Source: Candidatus Electronema halotolerans (GTDB lineage Bacteria; Desulfobacterota; Desulfobulbia; Desulfobulbales; Desulfobulbaceae). From it: a DNA stretch of 32,000 bases. The position numbers were made by a program, and so were the translations under genes. The notes under the pieces are model-generated. The model saw nothing but the letters and a program-made list of their open reading frames with translations. It had not been told where the DNA came from and did not search any database. The stretch lies in the NCBI GenBank assembly GCA_942493095.1, contig OW818675.1, positions 2,970,001 through 3,002,000 on the forward strand, written 5' to 3'. Position 1 is the stretch's first letter, and every line of letters begins with the position of its first letter. Shown piece after piece: positions 26,381-32,000 of this stretch.

Positions 26381-26823
26381 TTGTCCGCACCTCCTGCATT
26401 GTCTTCATCCGGCGAAGTCACCATGCCCAATTTGGTGAAACCAGCCCGTTTAATCTGCGACATGACCTCCACCACCTTGCCATAAGGCACATCCGTGTCC
26501 GCCTGAAGGTAAATCGGCTCCTCTTTTTTGTCTGGAGAATATTTTTCCAGCTCTGAAAAAAGCATGGACAGGCTAATCACCACGTTATCGTTGCCAACGG
26601 CAATTTTCCCGTCAGCACTGACGATCACCATCAAAGGATCCCCTTTCTGCGGCAGGGCCTCAGCAGTGATTTTCGGCAGGTTGATGTCAATGCCTTGGGT
26701 CATCATGGGCGCAGTGACCATGAAAATGATCAGCAGCACCAGCATGACATCCACCAGCGGAGTCACATTGATCTCCGCCGCCAGTCTCCGGCGGTCTCTG
26801 CCGCCCAAAGTTCCCATTCCCAT
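26377..26823 (-). CDS. tolR: Biopolymer transport protein TolR/ExbD
   Basis: RRLAAEINVTPLVDVMLVLLIIFMVTAPMMTQGIDINLPKI...QADTDVPYGKVVEVMSQIKRAG. Confidence 0.94.
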   Translation of the reverse strand: MGMGTLGGRDRRRLAAEINVTPLVDVMLVLLIIFMVTAPMMTQGIDINLPKITAEALPQKGDPLMVIVSADGKIAVGNDNVVISLSMLFSELEKYSPDKKEEPIYLQADTDVPYGKVVEVMSQIKRAGFTKLGMVTSPDEDNAGGADK

Positions 26824-26863
26824 GACTGATTATTTCAGTGTGCGTTGGCTGGATGGACAGCGG

Positions 26864-27559
26864 CTATGCTCTGGTCAGCATGTCGCGTTCGATCAAATTG
26901 AGGAAGTCAGAAGAAAAGTTTTCTATTTCTCCTTCAAAATCAAGCACTTTCTTGGAGTAGAAATTATAGAAGATCACTGCGGGAATGGCCACGGCCAGTC
27001 CGGCGGCAGTGGCGACCAAGGCTTCAGAAATGCCGGGCGCTACCACGGACAGCGATGCCCCGCCTCGTGCGCCGATCTCTTGGAAAGAGACCAAGATGCC
27101 CCAGACTGTGCCGAAAAGACCGATAAACGGGGTTGCGCTGCCCGCAGTGGCGAGAAAGGCCAAAGAACGCTCCAGCCGCTCCAGTTCAATGAGCTGGGCC
27201 TTGCGCACCGCCCGCTTGAGATTGTCCAAGACGGCCAGCTTTGTTTGCAAAGTTTCTGGCTTTTCCGCCCGTTCGTTGCGGGCCGCGCTGATTTTGCGCA
27301 GCTCATTGAAGCCGGAAACAAAGACTGCCGCCTCCGGGCTGTCCACAGCCGCCTTGGCTGATTCATAGGCATTGTTCAAGGTTTTTGATTCCCAGAAATC
27401 AGCGAGGAAATCGTCAGAGGCCCGGCTGGAACGACGAAAAAGCAGATATTTGGCAATGATGATCCACCAAGAAATCACAGAAAACAGCAGCAGGGTGAGC
27501 ATGACCAGCTTGACAACAAGCCCGGCATTGGCCATCATGCTGAAAACAGTGAGATTCAT
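26864..27559 (-). CDS. tolQ: TolQ/ExbB/MotA-family proton channel
   Basis: MNLTVFSMMANAGLVVKLVMLTLLLFSVISWWIIIAKYLLF...LAFLATAGSATPFIGLFGTVWGILVSFQEIG...GISEALVATAAGLAVAIPAVIFYN. Start trimmed to 27559 from 27634. Confidence 0.93.
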   Translation of the reverse strand: MNLTVFSMMANAGLVVKLVMLTLLLFSVISWWIIIAKYLLFRRSSRASDDFLADFWESKTLNNAYESAKAAVDSPEAAVFVSGFNELRKISAARNERAEKPETLQTKLAVLDNLKRAVRKAQLIELERLERSLAFLATAGSATPFIGLFGTVWGILVSFQEIGARGGASLSVVAPGISEALVATAAGLAVAIPAVIFYNFYSKKVLDFEGEIENFSSDFLNLIERDMLTRA

Positions 27560-27827
27560 GAAGTTTGCTCTGCAATGGTAAGTGGTTGAATTTTTGGCAT
27601 GATCCAAAGGCCGAGATCGAATCCGGGGGAGCACGCTGCCGCGCTGTCAGCAGGAAACAGCGGCGGGCCGGAATGTTTCTGACAAATTATAGCGGCTTCT
27701 GAGAATTGTGTCGACCCCCATCTCAATATAGTGTACATAGCCGGGAAGAAAAGCAAGTGCTTTGTCCGCTGTTTTTCGCTCAGGCGCAAGAAAGGGAAAT
27801 CATCCAGAAAGACAACGGGAGATTTTT

Positions 27828-28778
27828 ATGACAGATGCAAGCTCAAGCTATGACGTGATCATTGTCGGCGCAGGCCCTGCCGGCATCCAAGCAGCCATTC
27901 ACGCGGCCCGCAGGAAAACCCACGTCCTGCTCTTGGGCCGGATTGCCAGCAGCGCGCTCTACCCGGCCCATGTGGAGAATTACGCCTGCATTGAAGGGGT
28001 TGCCGACGGGCGGCAGCTCTTGGAAGCAGGCTTGACCCAGGTGCGGCGGTTTGGGGCTGAGGTGCTGCCGGAAGACCTGCTCAAGATCAGCCAGGAGGAG
28101 GACGGCCTTTTTGCCGTGGAGCTGGAAAGCGGCAGAATCGCCCGCAGCCGCAGCCTGATTCTGGCAATGGGCATGGCCAAAAGCAAGCTCAAGGTGCCGG
28201 GCGAGAGCGAGTTTGCTGGCCGGGGCGTGAGCTATTGTGTTGACTGCGATGCCAATTTTTTCCGGGGCGCAACCGTGCTGGTGGTCGGCAGCAGCAGCGC
28301 GGCCATTGACGGTGCCCTGACCCTGCTTGATTATGCTGGCAAAGTCTATTTAGCTGCGGAAGCCCTGAATGTGTCGGCAGAGCTGCGCCAGCGGCTGGAG
28401 CAGAGCGCGGTGGAGCTGCTGGCAGGCCGCCGGGTGCAGGAAATTCAAGGCAGTGAAAAGGGGGTGGAGGCGGTCCTTTTGGACAACGGCGGAACGGTCA
28501 AGGTTGACGGCGTGTTCATCGAGCTTGGGGCCAAAGGCGCGCTGCAGCTTGCCGCGCAGCTCGGTGTGCAGATGGATATGGAACAGTTCAAGCATATTGA
28601 GGTCAACCGGAAGCAGGAAACCAATATTCCAGGCATTTACGCTGCCGGAGACATCACCGGCACACCCTATCAGATGGCCAAGGCTGTGGGCGAAGGCTGC
28701 GTGGCCGGAATCGAGGCGGCCATGCACGCCCGCAGGATGAAGCAGGCCGGCACAGCAGACGAGAGCTGCCCGTCCTGA
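27828..28778 (+). CDS. Thioredoxin reductase-like FAD/NAD(P)-dependent oxidoreductase
   Basis: YDVIIVGAGPAGIQAAIHAARRKTHVLLLG, SYCVDCDANFFRGATVLVVGSSSAAIDGALTLLDYAGKVYLAAE, GIYAAGDITGTPYQMAKAVGEGCVAG. Start ATG 27828 preceded by GGGAGATTTTT. Confidence 0.9.
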   Translation: MTDASSSYDVIIVGAGPAGIQAAIHAARRKTHVLLLGRIASSALYPAHVENYACIEGVADGRQLLEAGLTQVRRFGAEVLPEDLLKISQEEDGLFAVELESGRIARSRSLILAMGMAKSKLKVPGESEFAGRGVSYCVDCDANFFRGATVLVVGSSSAAIDGALTLLDYAGKVYLAAEALNVSAELRQRLEQSAVELLAGRRVQEIQGSEKGVEAVLLDNGGTVKVDGVFIELGAKGALQLAAQLGVQMDMEQFKHIEVNRKQETNIPGIYAAGDITGTPYQMAKAVGEGCVAGIEAAMHARRMKQAGTADESCPS

Positions 28779-28793
28779 CATTGCCAGCAGATT

Positions 28794-28823
28794 GGTGGGC
28801 AAGCAAAAAGACGCTTGTCCACC
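28794..28823 (+). terminator. Stem-loop just downstream of the thioredoxin reductase-like gene (no T-tract)
   Basis: GGTGGGCAAGC - aaaaagac - GCTTGTCCACC; 11-bp stem including one G-U pair. Confidence 0.4.
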
Positions 28824-29267
28824 CTGCGGTGCGTGGTTTCGTGTGAAAGGGAGCCGGAAGGACAAGGGGAGGCCGGATGCGTCAGGTTGCGGAAAAAAAA
28901 GGTGTTGCGGAAAAATTTTCTCAAGTATATATTCAGCCAGTTGACTTTGCGTCGTCATGCGGCTCGTGGTGAAATTTCTTGTAATTTTGGATACGTGCGC
29001 ACTGTTGGAATATCTCCTTGAATCTGCGTTGTTATTTGATAAAACCTCCTCCAAAATGAGGCAAAACCGAGCCGAATCAGAGGAGGTTTCCAGAAAACGT
29101 TTGGCAACTGCCTGATTTTTCTGGCACGAAAACAGGCAGGGTCACAATGACACTCCGGGGCGTCCTGGGTTATGACGGTATTTCGGCGCATTGCACGGAC
29201 AGTCGCGTCATTTCCCTCAGCATTTTCTGAACGCAGTGCCATCCATCCGCAGTTCTCCTTGCACCAG

Positions 29268-30140
29268 ATGATCACCCTGCAAGCACCGGCCAAAATCAAT
29301 CTCTATCTGAAGATTCTCGGCAGGCGGCCTGACGGCTACCATGAGCTGGAAACGCTCATGCAGAAGGTTGCTCTGTATGACGAGCTGGAGCTGTCTTTGG
29401 CCGACAAGCCGGGGATTTCGCTCTCCTGTCCGGGCACAGACCTGCCAAAGGATGAGCAGAATATCGCTTTCCGGGCCGCCCGACTCTTTCTGGCCCACAG
29501 CGGTAAAGAAAATCAGGGATTGCAAATAATCCTGCACAAACGCATCCCGATGGCGGCAGGGTTGGGCGGCGGGTCCAGCGATGCGGCGGCAGTGCTGAAA
29601 GGACTGAATCAGCTCCTTGCCGCTGGCTGTTCTGCTGAGGAGCTGGCAGAAATGGGCTTGCAGCTTGGTGCGGACGTGCCCCTGTTCATCTATGATTACC
29701 CGGCAGCGTGGGCCACAGGCATCGGCGAGCGGCTGGAAGCGGCTGCACCGCTGCGCGGCTGCAAGGTGCTGTTAGTCAATCCGGGCATCGCGGTTTCAAC
29801 CAAGTGGGCCTATCAAACTTTTGCCCAAATTTCTGGACGAATTGCATTGACAGAAGCCGCCGCACCGTTTACATTGTCAAATCCTTTATCGCAAGCACAG
29901 CGGCATCTGCCGCCGGAGCTGTTCAATGATTTGGAGGCAGTCACTGCGGCCCGGCACAGCACGATCAGCACCTTGAAAAAACGGCTTTTAGCTGCCGGAG
30001 CCAAGGGAGCTTTGATGTCTGGATCAGGCTCCACAGTCTTTGGCCTGTTTGCCGACCACACAGCAAAACAGGCTGAACAATGCTGCCACGAATTGAAAAA
30101 AGAATACGGACAGACTTTTCTTGTTGCGCCGTTGCTGTAG
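29268..30140 (+). CDS. ispE: 4-(cytidine 5'-diphospho)-2-C-methyl-D-erythritol kinase
   Basis: MITLQAPAKINLYLKILGRRPDGYHELETLMQKVALYDEL...KRIPMAAGLGGGSSDAAAVLKGLN...GADVPLFIY...KGALMSGSGSTVFGLF. Start at 29268, trimmed from 29172. Confidence 0.95.
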   Translation: MITLQAPAKINLYLKILGRRPDGYHELETLMQKVALYDELELSLADKPGISLSCPGTDLPKDEQNIAFRAARLFLAHSGKENQGLQIILHKRIPMAAGLGGGSSDAAAVLKGLNQLLAAGCSAEELAEMGLQLGADVPLFIYDYPAAWATGIGERLEAAAPLRGCKVLLVNPGIAVSTKWAYQTFAQISGRIALTEAAAPFTLSNPLSQAQRHLPPELFNDLEAVTAARHSTISTLKKRLLAAGAKGALMSGSGSTVFGLFADHTAKQAEQCCHELKKEYGQTFLVAPLL

Positions 30141-30183
30141 GAACGGCCCTGTCCGCAGCGAAAATTCGCAAGATTGACAGGCA

Positions 30184-30258
30184 TGGGGTGTCGTCAAGCG
30201 GTAAGACACAAGGTTTTGATCCTTGCATTCGGGGGTTCGAATCCTCCCACCCCAGCCA
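30184..30258 (+). tRNA. tRNA-Gln (anticodon TTG), with encoded CCA
   Basis: TGGGGTGTCGTCAAGCGGTAAGACACAAGGTTTTGATCCTTGCATTCGGGGGTTCGAATCCTCCCACCCCAGCCA; acceptor TGGGGTG/CACCCCA, anticodon loop TTTTGAT, GTTCGAAT T-loop. Confidence 0.97.
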
Positions 30259-30293
30259 TCTTTGCGCAGGAAGCAGTGCGATAAGGAATTGAA

Positions 30294-31232
30294 ATGCCCA
30301 ATATAATGAAGGTATTCACCGGCAACGCCAACCCGGAGATTGCGCGGGAAATCTGCAATTATTTGGACATGCCGCTCTCCAGTGCCGAGGTGCGGAAGTT
30401 CAGCGACGGCGAGATTTCCGTTGAGATCGGCGAAAATGTGCGGGGCACGGATGTCTTTGTCATCCAGCCCACCTGCACCCCGGTCAACGATCACCTGATG
30501 GAGCTGGTGATCATCGTTGATGCGCTGCGCCGGGCTTCAGCGCGGCGGATCACCGCTGTTCTGCCCTATTACGGCTATGCCCGCCAAGACCGGAAAATCC
30601 GGCCACGGGTGCCCATCACCGCCAAGGTGGTGGCGGAAATGCTGATGGCGGTCGGCACGAGAAGGGTGCTCTGCATGGACCTTCATGCCGGACAGATTCA
30701 GGGTTTTTTCACCATTCCGGTGGATCATCTGTATTCCTCCCCGATCATGCTGGAACACATCCGCAAGAATTTTGACGACGTGGTCATGGTTTCGCCGGAT
30801 GCGGGCGGTGTGGAGCGCACCCGCGCCTTTGCCAAGCGGCTCAATGCGGATTTAGCCATTATTGACAAGCGGCGCGAGCGGGCCAATGAATGCGAGGCCA
30901 TGAATGTCATCGGCAACGTGAACGGCAAAACCGCCATTCTCTTGGATGACATGGTCGATACCGCAGGCACCCTTTGCGGCGCGGCGGCCAAGCTCAAGGA
31001 AAAAGGGGCGAAAGAAGTTCACGCCTGCTGCGCCCATGCCGTGCTTTCCGGGCCAGCCATTGAGCGGATCAACAATTCGGAAATCAAATCGCTGGTGGTG
31101 ACCAATTCCATCCCTCTGGGCGACAAAGGCGAACGTTGTCCCAAGATTAAAGTGCTTTCTGTGGGCGAGCTGCTGGGCGAGGCGATCAGCCGCATTCATT
31201 CTGAGGACTCAGTCAGCTACCTCTTTGTCTGA
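30294..31232 (+). CDS. prs: Ribose-phosphate pyrophosphokinase
   Basis: [57 protein letters not shown]...[13 protein letters not shown]...[15 protein letters not shown]...[21 protein letters not shown]...[14 protein letters not shown]. Confidence 0.96.
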   Translation: MPNIMKVFTGNANPEIAREICNYLDMPLSSAEVRKFSDGEISVEIGENVRGTDVFVIQPTCTPVNDHLMELVIIVDALRRASARRITAVLPYYGYARQDRKIRPRVPITAKVVAEMLMAVGTRRVLCMDLHAGQIQGFFTIPVDHLYSSPIMLEHIRKNFDDVVMVSPDAGGVERTRAFAKRLNADLAIIDKRRERANECEAMNVIGNVNGKTAILLDDMVDTAGTLCGAAAKLKEKGAKEVHACCAHAVLSGPAIERINNSEIKSLVVTNSIPLGDKGERCPKIKVLSVGELLGEAISRIHSEDSVSYLFV

Positions 31233-31340
31233 GCCGCCTTGCCGCGCAGAGAAGATGGACAGAGATATTGCAGCCAGGACTGGTGCCTGCGCTGAAAAAA
31301 GAGTTTCTCGACATATTTTGATGAACTGGAGAACAAGATC

Positions 31341-31895
31341 ATGATTCAGGTGAACATGTCGGCTGCAAAGCGGACGGCGTTTGGCAAAGGCGAGTGCCGT
31401 CGGCTGCGCATGGCGAAAAAGACCCCGGCGGTGATTTACAGCAAGGGTGAGCCAAGCCTGCCCCTGCTGTTCGATGAGACAGTCCTGTACAAAGACCTGC
31501 TTTTCATCCACCGCCGCAACGCGGTGGTCACGCTGCATGTTGAAGGGGATGAGAAAGAGAGCCGTCATGCCATGGTTCAGGAAATTCAGAAAGCTCCGGC
31601 AGTGGAGCGGGTCCTGCATGTGGATTTTCTGGAAATTGACCTGAACAAGCCGGTCTGCTTGGAAGTGCCTTTGCAGGTTACTGGCACCGCCAAGGGCGTG
31701 GAAATGGGCGGCGACCTGACCGTGACCAAGTCGTCAGTCACGCTGCGCGGCTGTCCTTTGGACATTCCTGATGAGATTGTCGCTGACGTGACCGCCTTGG
31801 ACAAGGGCGACCATCTGACCTGCTCCGCCCTCACCGTTCCAGCCAAGGTGGAGATGCTCGACGATCCGGCCACGGTCTGCGCCTCAGTGGCCTGA
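31341..31895 (+). CDS. rplY: 50S ribosomal protein L25/general stress protein Ctc
   Basis: GKGECRRLRMAKKTPAVIYSKG...HAMVQEIQKAPAVERVLHVDFLEIDLNKPVCLEVPLQVTGTAKGVEMGG...CPLDIPDEIVADVTALDKGDHLT. Confidence 0.93.
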   Translation: MIQVNMSAAKRTAFGKGECRRLRMAKKTPAVIYSKGEPSLPLLFDETVLYKDLLFIHRRNAVVTLHVEGDEKESRHAMVQEIQKAPAVERVLHVDFLEIDLNKPVCLEVPLQVTGTAKGVEMGGDLTVTKSSVTLRGCPLDIPDEIVADVTALDKGDHLTCSALTVPAKVEMLDDPATVCASVA

Positions 31896-31953
31896 CCCAA
31901 GCCGCACAGACTTTTCTGTCCGCATTCCACCTGCCTTGCGGGCAGCATTGAGA

Positions 31954-31989
31954 AACCGGAAGAACCTGCTTGGTTCCTCCGGTTTTTTT
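31954..31989 (+). terminator. Rho-independent terminator downstream of the L25 gene
   Basis: AACCGGAAGAACC - tgctt - GGTTCCTCCGGTT followed by TTTTT; long stem with one mismatch. Confidence 0.88.
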
Positions 31990-32000
31990 ATGGGCAAGAC

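Noticed and set aside
25547-26485. 312-aa plus-strand ORF rich in Phe/Leu/Arg
   Set aside because: Antisense readout of the Lys/Ala/Glu-rich TolA spacer, a low-complexity artefact.

Overview
The window looks like a chromosomal segment from a Desulfobacterota-like (Desulfobulbales-type) bacterium. That taxonomic call is an inference from gene content and order only. Genes lie mostly on the minus strand up to ~27.6 kb and on the plus strand after that. Housekeeping blocks: yidC (partial)-yidD-rnpA-rpmH; recA-folA; an ABC transporter with an embedded DoxX-like gene; cobM-cobI; trpE-trpG; rpsT; tlyA; tolQ-tolR-tolA-tolB-cpoB; a thioredoxin-reductase-like gene; ispE; tRNA-Gln(TTG); prs; and an L25 gene with terminator. 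The non-housekeeping content is: (1) a recA interrupted by a 345-aa intein with LAGLIDADG-type endonuclease motifs; (2) a translationally coupled RecF/OLD-like AAA ATPase plus DUF4276/TOPRIM-like gene pair, a candidate split OLD-type defence module; (3) a candidate conflict island at ~12.06-17.95 kb, containing a 1329-aa CHAT protease-STAND NTPase-TPR protein with eight near-identical 105-bp repeats, a YafQ/RelE-like toxin-antitoxin pair, a small effector-associated-like protein, and an Rpn/PD-(D/E)XK gene split by a 5-bp tandem duplication; (4) a three-domain regulator (receiver-like, RsbW-like ATPase, cNMP-binding). Two ORFs in the supplied track (1533..2852 and 6905..7330) are labelled '+', but the sequence shows both are encoded on the minus strand. 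All family names come from motif recognition by eye; no database search was run.
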